Assembly (NCBI GenBank): GCA_036172245.1 | Contig: JAYWIR010000002.1 | Coordinates: 7,316,001 to 7,380,000, forward strand | Origin: Raillietiella orientalis | Taxonomy: Eukaryota | Direction of reading: 5' to 3' | Length of the DNA: 64,000 nt | Shown: piece after piece, positions 38,601 to 49,900 of the stretch | Layout of the letters: each line of letters starts with the position of its first letter | How positions within the stretch are numbered: position 1 is the stretch's first letter | Translations under genes and position numbers: made by a program | The notes under the pieces: model-generated | Database searches by the model: none | What the model saw: only the letters and a program-made list of their open reading frames with translations | Told to the model about the DNA's origin: nothing

Positions 38601-39290
38601 CTTCCAGTGGGAAAGCAACGCCGAAGACGCTTTGGCGAAGATGTGAGGAAGGCTAGGGGAACAATCCCCTAAACTCGCTGAGCCACAGGGGTTCTCCTTC
38701 GGAGGTCTGAACTGCCGCCAGGGATCCGGGACTGTCTCCCGAGTTTTATCACGGAGGGATCCTGCGCGGCACACGGTCTCGATATCTGACCGATGCAGAC
38801 TGTCTCACATGCGGCAGTCTAGAAGTCCCACTCCACCTGTCACCTGCTGGACCCTCTCTAAGGGCTGGAAAGTGGTCGATCAGGCGAGGGGGGATCCGCA
38901 AGAACGACCAGGATTGGAGGAGGTTCCCGAGGACTCTCTCAAGCAGAGGGAGTTGCTTCCCCTGTCTAACCTCACGTGAAGGGTCATTTCGGTCTTTTTC
39001 GTTCGAAGCATCCGCATTCGGGAGGCAGAGCTTTGAGAGAGAGTGCAGGTCTCAGCCATCCATCCGAATCTTAATGGGGGACGACCCCTTGGCCAGGAAG
39101 CAGGCATACGGGACCGCGGCAGGGTGGGCTTTCAGATGCACCCTGCAAAACCAGGGCTTCCGGTGAGGCAGAGCAAAAAGCTCAGTGCGAAGCCGAAGGC
39201 CATACGGCAGGAGAAGGAATTCCCTCCCATCCACCCACCAACTGCTCGCCCCGAGTCCCTACGACTTGCTCCCCGCGAAACGGCCTTACG

Positions 39291-39415
39291 GGAGGGGGAG
39301 GGCCGACTCCATTTTCACAACTGGAGGGGGTCACCTTCCAATCCCGGCCAGTCGACCAGTGGCCTAGCAAGAAAGACGAGCTCCGCCAGGAACCCCGGAA
39401 GTCCACGTGCAGCGT
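39291..39415 (-). mobile_element. SINE-like family, copy D (truncated, minus strand)
   Basis: Reverse complement reads CGTGGACTTCCGGGGTTCC..TCGACTGGCCGGGATTGGAAGGTGACCCCCTCCAGTTGTGAAAATGGAGTCGGCCCTCCCCCTC, matching copies B and C. Confidence 0.8.
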
Positions 39416-40621
39416 CTGCCAAGGAAAAGGACCTCGAACTCTTCATCGTGGGACCGGCTGCTACGGAAGGAAAGAACAACGAAACCGTCCCTTCCCCTCC
39501 ATCGCCAGTGGAACTGGGGGAGCGCCACCCACGTGCTCCGGTCCGCGGAGCACATGAACGTCATGAACCGACCTGCGCGCGCCCTGTCATGAGGCGCGGA
39601 TCACGAGGGGCCGTGCTTCTTCTGGTCGCAGGGCGGCCCCGCTCGGTGCGAACTCTTCCTCCACCACCAGTCCCTGCGATCCCCACGCGCCGCCAATTTT
39701 CCAAGGCCACCTTCCTCCCCCCCCTCCCCCTACGACGTCCCCCCCTGCGCGCGTGCGGGATCCACACTCCCGATTGCACTCCGAGAAGATTTCCTGGAGG
39801 ATTTGGGAGAAAAATCTGCATCTTCGGCAAGAAACTTCCAGAAAACCATGCGGCCGTGCATATGCTGACTTCCCTGAGCTCAGAGACGCTGCACGACTGA
39901 AACGAACGGCCTCAGAGATGAGGTCTTCAGCCTGAGGCCTGCAGACTCCAGAGCCTACTTTTCGCCCCGACCACGACCCCGGGTGCCGAATTCCTGGGCG
40001 GACCGCGGTGGGCCTTCGCTCGAGCCCCACCGCAGCGCGACTCTGAGCCTCAGCATTTACTCCCGGAGGTTCGCGGGCGCTTGGCTGTGGGGCGCCCGAA
40101 GGTCACGAGGGTGCCATCCGTCGCCGTCGCAGGCGACCTCCTCTCTGCGAGCCGGCGGGGAGTCATCCGCCTCCCTTCTGGAGCGGCGGGTGCCCTCCAG
40201 AAGGCACCACGGGTCAACGCCCCTGAAAGGCCGGGGCAGCAAGGTGCCCGCGGAGGAGCAGACCACAAGCGGGAGTGGCGTCCGGAGCCGGCTCCTCCTG
40301 CAGTGGGGGACGTTTCGTGGGTGCGACGGTGGCCCCCCCCGTGCTCTCTCACCTTCCTCTCGGCCACCGCGCGCGCCCTCGGGTTCGACGGCCAAGGCGC
40401 GGGCGAGCATCTCCGGCGCGCGTCCTGCCCGCCACCTCGCGGAAGACCATTCGACGAGACCGGCTGGCGAGCCGCCTTTGTATCGCGGCGCTCAGCTGAG
40501 AGCGGTTCCGTCCTCGGTCTGTCCGGCGTGTCTGCCAGAGGTGCGGCTGCGCGTGCCTCTCGGAGGGACGAGGGCAGGCATTCCGGGTTCCGTCAGAGAG
40601 GGACGCACCGCACTTTTCGAG

Positions 40622-40906
40622 TTCGCGTCGCAGGCCGTCCGCGAGTGGCAGCGAACGTCGCGGGTTCGAGTTTCTCCTGGGAAGGGAGCGGCGCTGAGAA
40701 CGGTCGTGGGTTTCGTCTCGAGTTCTCCCCGCAAGATGACGCTGGTTGGCCGTTTCGGGTGCGGCACCGATGGAAACCGGATGCCCCCGTTGACTGGCCT
40801 CCTGGATTGGAAGTCGACCCTCCAGGGCCCTTCTAGGACATCAAGGAGCCGGATTTCCATTCAGGGTTCCCCTCCGGTTGTGAAAATGGAGTCGGCCCTC
40901 CCCCTC
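40622..40906 (+). mobile_element. tRNA-derived SINE-like element, copy B
   Basis: GTCCGCGAGTGGCAGCGAACGTCGCGGGTTCGAG head; body GCAAGATGACGCTGGTTGGCCGTTTCGGGTGCGGCACCGATGGAAACCGGATGCCCCCGTTGACTGGCCTCCTGGATTGGAAG; 3' block CCCCTCCGGTTGTGAAAATGGAG. Confidence 0.8.
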
Positions 40907-43900
40907 TCCCCTTGATATGGATAAGGGGAAGCGACCCTCCATCGCGTACTCCTGCTTTCTCTTCCCAGACGCCTCTTGGACGTCTCGTCAGGCACGAGGC
41001 GAGACGGCAGCGCTCGTGCGGCAGTTGCGGACGGGAGGCGAACGAACCAACTCATCGAGGAAAAGAACGATAGACCGAAAGTAGGGGTGTTCGGGAGGTT
41101 CCATCCCGCCTCAGCACGCGGATCCGCCGCATCCACAAGGGCGGAGCGTTTCCTCTCCTCTCGACGCGCACGCAGAAGAGGAGCGCGGTTTGCCTTGACG
41201 ACCTGTGGAAGGCTGCTGTGCAGTACGGTCAGGTCGCAGTGTCCGTAACGCGCGGATGCAGTCCTCGGAGGCCCGGAGGTAGTGGTCTCGCATCCGAAGG
41301 GTTTCGCTGGTAGATGCGCGCACGCGAACGAGTCAGCTGCCAGATGGCGTCGCCGTCGTTGTCGCGGTACGAAGCGCAAGAACAAGGGGAAAGAAAGGGG
41401 TTGAGGGGAGTTAAAGCGGCAAAGACGAGACCCAATCGAGTCGAGGGAGGTGTGACCACCTGCGCGGACGGAGGCACCCGCCTGGAGGCATCGGGTGAAC
41501 GCAGAGTGACGGTCCCGAAGGTGGAGCTTCAGCCAGGAATTCACTGCGCGCGAGACACGATCTCGCTAGGGAAACCGGACTGAATGCCCCCTCCCCCTCC
41601 TCCTCCCCCCCTCTCTCCATTCTGTGTCATCCCGACGAAGTTCAGCGTTCACGGAAAGACTGGAGGGAGAAAGGTGGGCGAGAACTCGATGGCTACGCGC
41701 CCGCGACAGTCGAAAGTGGTGCGCGCGCCCTCCTTTTCGCTTTCGCTTCCGTACAAGAGATGTCGCCCACGGCGAAGCATTTCGCTGCCATCGCCTCTAG
41801 GAAAAAAACACCTGCGACAGAGCGAAAACGGTGCAGAACGTAGCACGAGGAGGTTGTCTGAGGTGGGCCACCGGCTGGTGGGGGCGGCGCTTGTTGACGG
41901 CTGTTGGTGAAACGTCTCAATCAGAGAGAAAAGGGGGAGGGGAGGGGAGCTCCTCCAGGCAGATTCTCGCCTCTGGAACTTCCAGATGAGCTGATCGGTC
42001 TCGTCGTCTGTCTGCCGCCACTTACCAGCAGGCCCTCCCCGCTTCGAAGAGATCCGGGGAGCCGAAGTGCACACGTGCGCGCGTGCGGAGCAGCAGTCTG
42101 TACGCTGGATCCGCTTCAGAGATACCGGGTCCCTTTGGAATCCCAGGAGGCCCCTCGCTGGCGGGGGAAGGGGGAGGGGAGCTCCCAAAGCACTTCCGGG
42201 ATTGCAACCAGCCACCCCCACATGCACGCCTCTGAGGGCACCGCCACCGCTCCATGCCACGGCAACTGCTGCGGGCAGCGGCGGTCCACGACCTCCCGTC
42301 GAAGGTCCTCCTCTGTTCCCGTCGAGATGAAAAGGACGATTGTGTTTCCGGGAACTTCTCCCTGCACCGCTTGTTGCTATTCAGGGTTCCCAGACAGCAT
42401 CCCTCCCGAAAAAGTCACCTGATGAGTGACGACGAGTTCGTTCACACCGGATCTCCGTGGTCCGATTTCGCAGCGTGCAGGATCATCCATCACAGCCCTC
42501 GCGATCCCTTTCTCACCTTCACCTCTTGCCTCAGAGCGAACCTCATCATCCCCTTCGGTGTGATCTGACGACCCCATCTCGAGGCGCATGTGCTGGACGA
42601 AAGACTCTGCTGCTTTTCATCGCTGGCCGACTGACGTGGCTCAGGCGATCCGGCGAGCAGCAGCAGACGACCTCCCCGCACGCTGTCCTCTTCCTTCCCT
42701 CCCTTCCTCCGCTTCCCGGTCTTGTACAGCCTTCTCTGTACGTCCTTGCTTGGGCTCTTCTGATGCAAAAAATGAAAAATGCTGGTGAACCACGGACGGC
42801 CGATTGGGAGCACCGGACTCTCTCCAGCAACTCCACTGACTTGTTAACCTCAGCTCTCCATGTTGAGACGTGAACAAGTTTCTCAAGATCCCTGGATATT
42901 CCAGAGTGGCGACGGGAGAAACCCTAGCGTCCTTCGGGGCACTTCATCAGCGTTTCCTTAAGAACATATTTCGATGGAGGTCACGTGCTTCTTTGAAATT
43001 GTGGGGAGGAAGCTGGAAGATTGTCAAGAGACCGAGGGACCCAGTCGAGGCGGCACCCGCAGGCTTTCGGTGGCTGTGGTCTTAGTGGAGACGTCAGTCG
43101 TTGCTCTGGTAACGTGAGGCAGCGGACTTGGGGGGAAAGAGCTCAGTGTCAGGTCGACGAGGAAACCCTCCCTATTCCAGCGCGCGAGCCCAACGATTTG
43201 CCTCGCGTCGTCCAAACTCGGCACCGCCATCGAATCCTGCGCCATCATAGGGAGGGAGACTTTGAATGCATCAGAGGGTTCGCTGCTCTCCTTCTGCTTT
43301 CCCTCATCCTGCTGCCTGACAAGATGAAAGCGCTTCATTTGGTACAAGGGGGATGCGCAGCCTTTAGCGAGCTTAAGCTGAACGGAAAGTATCATTTCTG
43401 AGGGTGAGCATCTTCCATGCTACCATAGCTGTTCCTCAACTTGCAGCTCACAGTTTTCTCGCGGCTTTTCCAACCACTTCAGAAAAACAGCCGCTTGATT
43501 GGGTGCTGTCCCAAACTTTGTTCTTCCTCTCCCCGTCCCCTTCACTTTCCGTGGTTCGCTCGCCAGTCGGGCACAGGAGTCAACTTGTAGCCGGAGGATT
43601 TCCATCATGACAGTGGAAGCACCAACTTTCCAGATGTGACACGGCAGGGATCATTTGACTCGCGGTGCTCAGTCCGCCTTGCAATGGAGGAAGCGATTTT
43701 TTTTTCCGGAAAGACAAAAAAAAAAAAAACCTTCTGATCCGAAGCACTTCGTTACTGAATATTTTTAATCATCACGAATGATTTTTTGCTGATGAAAAGG
43801 TTCCGCATGTTTTCAGTGCCTTGTCGGCTTTCCCACTGTCTTCTCATCCCACGTCCCTTTAGGATTCGTCGTCGGAAATTGCATTGGTGCTCTCTAACCT

Positions 43901-45022
43901 GCCCGTTTCTAATAACGGGGGATCCTTCATAAAATTGGGATAGGTAGCATTAGAGGTAAATAAATAAATAAACAAAACTTCACGGATGGGCGCATTCTCT
44001 TAAACGTTAGGCGGAGTAAACATTGAGTTCACTTGTATGAAATAAAGGTAGCCTTGGCAAAGGCAGAATATCCATCTAAGTAAGGAAAAGTACAAGCATA
44101 TATACACATATTTGGCCCTGTGGAAAAAGATGGGATACAACCGTATGACCCAGGGTTGGTTTTGGTCTCATTTTCTCACTGCCTGCATGCATATGCATTA
44201 CACTCTCGTTCCGTTTCATATGCATGAGTTCCCCAGAACATGCAAACCTCGATCAAACTTGTGCATTCAAGAGTTTTTTCGGGTCAGTTTCCATCCAGAT
44301 TTCATTTGCCGGTTTGTCGTTTCCAGTGGTGCGTTCTCCTATGGTTTGCAGGTCCAAACGCGCGAACCCGGAAGGGCTCTCTCGCAAGACAGGACCGATA
44401 GCAGACGTGATTCTAGGAGCATGGCTGAATCACCGAAAACTCGCCCCTTCCTGGCTTCATGAGAGAAACAAAACTTTTTATTTGTGTCTTTTCAAGGGTG
44501 TCTAAAAGAAGTGTCAATTACATTCACAAATGATTATCGTCATTTCTTACTGAATCCTTCGACTTCAACAGTTCAAGTGCTCGCACTTTTCCATTTCCAT
44601 TTGTTTTTTTTGAAAACATATGGGAGCATCCATTAGGAGACTCAAGGATACTACCGTGGGAGCTGGAGGTGTGCTGGAATGCAGCATTTCTGCAAAATTA
44701 ATAGGATAGAATGACAGGAAAGTTGCTGCATACAACGCCATCAGAGTAAAAACTCATTACTGCCTCCTATCATACATTGTTTATATGAGAGTTGCGAATA
44801 GGCAAATAAATCTTCTGTGATCAATTCATAGTAGGAAAAGGATAAAAAATCCTTATCCGATTTCCGTATCACTGTTTTTTGTTCTTGAAAAGAAGAAAAT
44901 TGAAAATAGATAAATTGGGCATCTCTACTGCACTTGCGACGATATCCAACTGATCATAGGTACAGCAGCAGAGTTGCCAACTTGCACACTAGCAAGTACC
45001 TGCTGTATACAGTACTTTGCGC

Positions 45023-45539
45023 AAAATCAGATAAGAAAAAATCAGCCAACAGAAAACTTTGCTGCAGTCTCATACATACAAAATATTGAAATTATAGAAA
45101 TACAAGAGGCGATCTAACTTGTTACAATGTTTTGTGTGCGCAAGAGAATCAAAAAAATAATGATTTATAGCAAGGCATTTTGATGTCAAAATGATAATTA
45201 TAATTCATTTTTTTGGCAGCATATAAAGGAATTAACTATTGAATTATTCTTTGAATTACTGATTTCTTTCAGATTCATAGCTGTTTTCTGAATTCTAACT
45301 TTAGCTATGAGATCATCTTACAGAGAAGAAGATTAGTTCGTAAAGTTGCTCTTCTCGACACTAGGTCCCTGTTCCAGTCATCAAAATGCTTGCCTTGCTA
45401 TAAATCTTTTTTTTTTTTTTCCTTGCACACACAAAACACTGTAACAAGGTAGATCGCCTCTTGTATTTCTATAATTTCAATATTTTTTATGCATGAGACT
45501 GCAGCAGTTTTGTTGGCTGATTTTTTCTAATCTGATTTT
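45023..45539. repeat. Long inverted repeat (foldback/MITE-like): arms ~45023-45185 and ~45379-45539, ~190-bp spacer
   Basis: AAAATCAGATAAGAAAAAATCAGCCAACA..GCTGCAGTCTCAT..AATATTGAAATTATAGAAATACAAGAGGCGATCTA..GATTTATAGCAAGGCATTTTGATG is matched by its reverse complement in the right arm, with few substitutions and indels. Confidence 0.95.
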
Positions 45540-45878
45540 TTTAATGACTTAATTGATCATCTATAAATGACTATGCTTGTGCTTTGCGTATTGGTACATT
45601 AAATTATTCTTAAATAAGGAAGGACATCATGGATCGATAAACATCATCGTGAAACTTAATTTTCTGATGTTGTTTCTAAAACAGTCCCACTGTCCTCCTG
45701 TTAATAAAACTGAAAAATTTATTTGCGAAGCCTTAAATATTTCGTGGGTATTTTACAGATTAACTTATGCATAGATGATTACATGCATGCATTTCCAGCC
45801 CAGTACCTTTATGTTTTTATCATACGTACAAAGCATGTAATAGATCTGAATTTAATAGTTACATCATGTTATTTCTAG

Positions 45879-45993
45879 GTTTCCATGTTCGGCTGCTGTT
45901 GTTTCGAATCCACAATTCTGCCTGCTTTTAAAGTTAGGAATGTTAAATAGCAAATATAAATACGTATTTGCTCTTCGAATTTCACATAATCTG
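45879..45993 (+). other. Candidate 5'-UTR exon of the uncharacterised membrane-protein gene
   Basis: Bounded by TTATTTCTAG| and CTG|GTAAGT; contains only a short ORF (MFGCCCFESTILPAFKVRNVK*). Confidence 0.4.
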
Positions 45994-46591
45994 GTAAGTT
46001 AGACTCATAATGCTTGAATTCAAAGAATTGGAGAAATGCATTGTTTGCACCCATTTATGTAGTGACATTTAATATCTTCAGTTCAGAATTCAGTTTATTG
46101 GCATCAGATTACATTGGTGGATTTTACTCAAAAGAATTAACTCAGTAGCTAGACTAGTCAGTTGAGGTCTCTTCATTTATGGGGGAAGAGAATGATTTCT
46201 TGCTAAGCTTTTGGGAAAAAAAAAAACAATAACAAAAAGACTTTTGCCCAACATGGATTGGTAATTCTTTTTCTTGTTTTCCAAGTTGTGATGGTAAAAC
46301 CATTGAATCAGGTGTTTTTTTGCGCATGTTAACATAGGTTTTCCATGTTTCTCTGAAAAGCATAAATAACGTACATATTACAAATGCTTCTTATTCTCTA
46401 TCCATTGTTATTTTTATGAGTAGCATTGTATGTCATCATTATTGCAAAGTTTAAGTAGGGTGGGAATCCAAAAGACAAAACGATCCATAGTGTTTTATAG
46501 AGCTTGACGGAGTAATGTTGATTTGAATGTACAAAGCTGTAGTTTAATACGTTCACATGAACTTATGATTCCTTGTTTGGGTTTTGGGGTC

Positions 46592-46640
46592 GTAATAATA
46601 AAAGTCGTAATAACTCATTATTACGACTTGGTATTATTAC
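46592..46640. repeat. Near-perfect 49-nt hairpin/palindrome built from GTCGTAATAA-like units
   Basis: GTAATAATA-A-AAGTCGTAATAA-CTCA-TTATTACGACTT-GG-TATTATTAC. Confidence 0.92.
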
Positions 46641-46984
46641 AGTTTTGCATGTGTATTTTTTAAATCGTCGAAACATTATTGAATACCTGCTTTCCATTCA
46701 GTTATGCTGAATCTAAGGAAAAGTGGAAAACTGAAAAAGTGAAGCGAGTCAATAATTGTGAAAGAAGTGATCTGTTGAATGTGAATTTTTTTTACGTTTT
46801 TTTAATAATATACCAGGAGACTGATTAGATCATGTTATGCATATTTTCTGCGACAGAAATGTAGTGTAAACGTTCGTTTACAATTTAGAATCGTCTTTTT
46901 GTAGATGCTTGGAGAATTTCAGTATATGATGCCCGGTTTGGAAATCGTCGTTCTAACACCAAAACAAATAATCCTCTTTAAAAT

Positions 46985-49900
46985 ATGACAGAATTATGCT
47001 CAAGCCATAATGTAGTGGTAATTATGAGCCCTATTTAGAAAAAAAAAACACTTTATTTTTGTATTTTGTATAGAAGAAGAAACTTGTGTTTAATGCAGAA
47101 ATTCCACCGACTTACTCTGAGGAAATAAACCAGCTGATATGTCATATTAAAAAGGTAAGTCTGGAGAACAAGTAAAGAATATGATTTTATCTGAAAACAG
47201 TATTATTAATATCAGAAGACAAGATTTATTCTGTTTTGTATAATTTTCTTCTATTTGATGTATGATGGCATTTCCAAGTTTGAACCATGGGGAGACCCTC
47301 AGTTGCAGAATTTTACAAATACATTTGTTTTATTCTGTAATTTTTTCATTTGTAAATGTATTGAATAAGCATAGGTTATTTCGTCAAACTATTATATTTC
47401 AAGCATTGAAACAATATCTGTTAGTGTTACCAATATTCCATTTTGAAGTATGACATAGAAGCTGGTATAGATTTTGATGCTTTAACTAGTTTCCAAAAGT
47501 CTGAGGAGCAGATATTATGCTTGCATTGGAAGCACGTAAAAGCCATGACAGTATTTCCAATTCAGTATTGTTTCATTTAGTTTGATGTTATTCATATTCA
47601 CTGGATGTCTTAATGTCCTACTGCTTAGTAAGCAATAACAAAATTAAGAATTAAAAATTAAAAATTAATTTGTTATTAAAAATGAATGAATAATTGAATT
47701 GAAATTAAAAATTTGTAGGTTGCAGAAAGTCATTTGTTTGAATGGAACCAGTTACCTATAAACTTCCCAGAATCTTATGTGCTGCAAAAAATCAACCCAA
47801 ATACAGTCCAACCAAATGTATCCTTGAAAGACTTATTTGTAGTATCCACTGTACCAGAAAAGGAATGGCATCAACTTGATTTGAAGGGAACCAAAAGCAC
47901 ATTAAGTAAACAACAATTAAGAAGCATTAAGAATAGAGGGTATGTTGGGGATGGTTATTTGATTTATTATCTTAGAAGTTTACTCCTTGTATAGAGAGTT
48001 TTTTGTGAGCAGTGTGTTATTTCCAAAGCATCAACATTGCTGGAAGTTAAATCCATGTTTATTAAAAGGTCGGGAAAAGACAGTGGAAACTTTTCTAGAT
48101 GATGTTGCTTGGGCAACTTATATCCTTGTGATTACAGCCAGAAATCGGATCATCTCAAAAAGATTTAGTTTAAAGTCTGCCAAAGATTGCATTATGCAAG
48201 GAATAACAACTTTATTAGGTATAGTTTCATTGGGATGCATGATCACTGTACTTTGGAAGCTTCTTCCATGTCTCCTTTGTACCGAGAGTATTACTTAATT
48301 ATATCTTTTTCATGCATTCTATTTTTGTCCACGTGTTTTCAATAATAATTTTTTTCTCTGTGCATCTGTGGGAAAATTAGCTGTCTGTTGTTATTGTGAT
48401 TGGTACTTTCCTTTCTCCATATGTATTTGTAGATTTGATCTTGGGTGTACCACATTGGGAAATGAAAGAATATGATGGAGTCCTAGCCTCTGAACGATCC
48501 AAGTACTTGGTTGCTGAGTTGTTGTGTCAGGTAGAAACGTTCTGCTTGTTTTATTTTTTTTTTTTAATGCAAATTGATGAGAAAGTTTGTTTTTGTTTTT
48601 TTCTTTTAGAGAGTTTCTTGTGGAATATCTTGTGTTTCATTGTATGCACACACTATTAATAGCACTGTCAAGACATATTTTTGGCTATGCTAGTTTCCAA
48701 TTTTATTGACATGTAATAATACATAAGATTGTCTGCATTTAAAGTATTTATATAAGTAATTGAATTCCATGAATGATCTCAGTTTAAGGACTCACAGACT
48801 AATGAGTAGGGGGATTTTTCTTTGGAAACTCATTCTCTGTAATTTGATGCAGTGCTGCATGTACTATTTTTATTAGAAGTGTTTCCACTTTTCCAACAGC
48901 TGTTTGGTTGCAGATATAATTTTCTCCTTTACATAGCTTTTATCGGATAATTACTTAATGTTCACAATTGCTGATTACCAGGTAAATCCATTAAGTCAGC
49001 TGTTGAAAAATGTGTAAATTCATGTAAAGAAACATTTCTATTCATCATGTATCAGTATGGACAAGTTATTGATTTGGTGTTTTTTGTTTGTCAATCTATG
49101 TTTTTAACATCGTTATGCTGGTCCAGTGTCTACCTAATTGTACCTAATTCTCTACCTAATTGTCTGCTATGAGCAATATAGCAAGTAGTAAATCTCATGA
49201 AAATTCTTTGCTCTTATTCAGTGGTCTTAATTGAAGGATACCAGTGTTAAAAATCAGAATGAAGATTTACATTCCAAGCAGATTATTTTGATGTAATTTA
49301 AATGTAATGAAAATCATGCAACCTCGTAATCCTATTCTGTAATTTTTGGCATCTATGAATTGTTTCTTTAAGTGGTAATTTGCCCCTATTTATTTGAGCA
49401 TTTCTTCACAAATGCATACCTTCATATGCATGTTTTGTATGGTTATTTTGGTGAGTAGTCAGCATTTTGGATGAAAATGAAGTATGATTAGGATAACATA
49501 AAAGAAAAGGACCCATGTAAAATATAGAAAAGTAAAATAAAGGCAAGTTTTTCAAGATTTGCGAAGTCAAAGTTCTCGTTTTCGATTTGTAGGCACAATT
49601 TTTTTCCTTTTTTTTATTTAATTTTGTTTTGTTAAGTTTTACCTACAAACAAACAAAATGATAACGGTATGTACTTAGATGTTGTGGTTTAGTATGTACA
49701 TATCAGTCATAATCTCAAGTAAGCTTGCAAAAGTTGATTTCATGCTCAAATTTTCACATGTTCAAAATGATCATTTTACCATGCACTTGCAAGGAAACCA
49801 TGAGTATGCATCGTAACTATTTAGATTGGGCTTAGAGTTCTTCAGAAATAGGCTCTTCTGTTATATGTAAGGATGCTGAAAATATTCTTATGTGTGACTA

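Noticed and set aside
39043..41544. Long ORFs 39043-39900, 39983-40915, 40081-40836, 40861-41544
   Set aside because: Arg/Pro/Gly-rich shadows of GC-rich repeat DNA that run through SINE copies.
42418..42450. CTGATGA followed by a hairpin (possible hammerhead stem II)
   Set aside because: No GAAA after the stem. The minus-strand CTGATGA..GAAA at ~11578-11600 lacks a paired stem II.
45308..45330. bantam miRNA-like start TGAGATCAT
   Set aside because: Only 9 nt match; the rest of the mature sequence and the precursor arm are absent.
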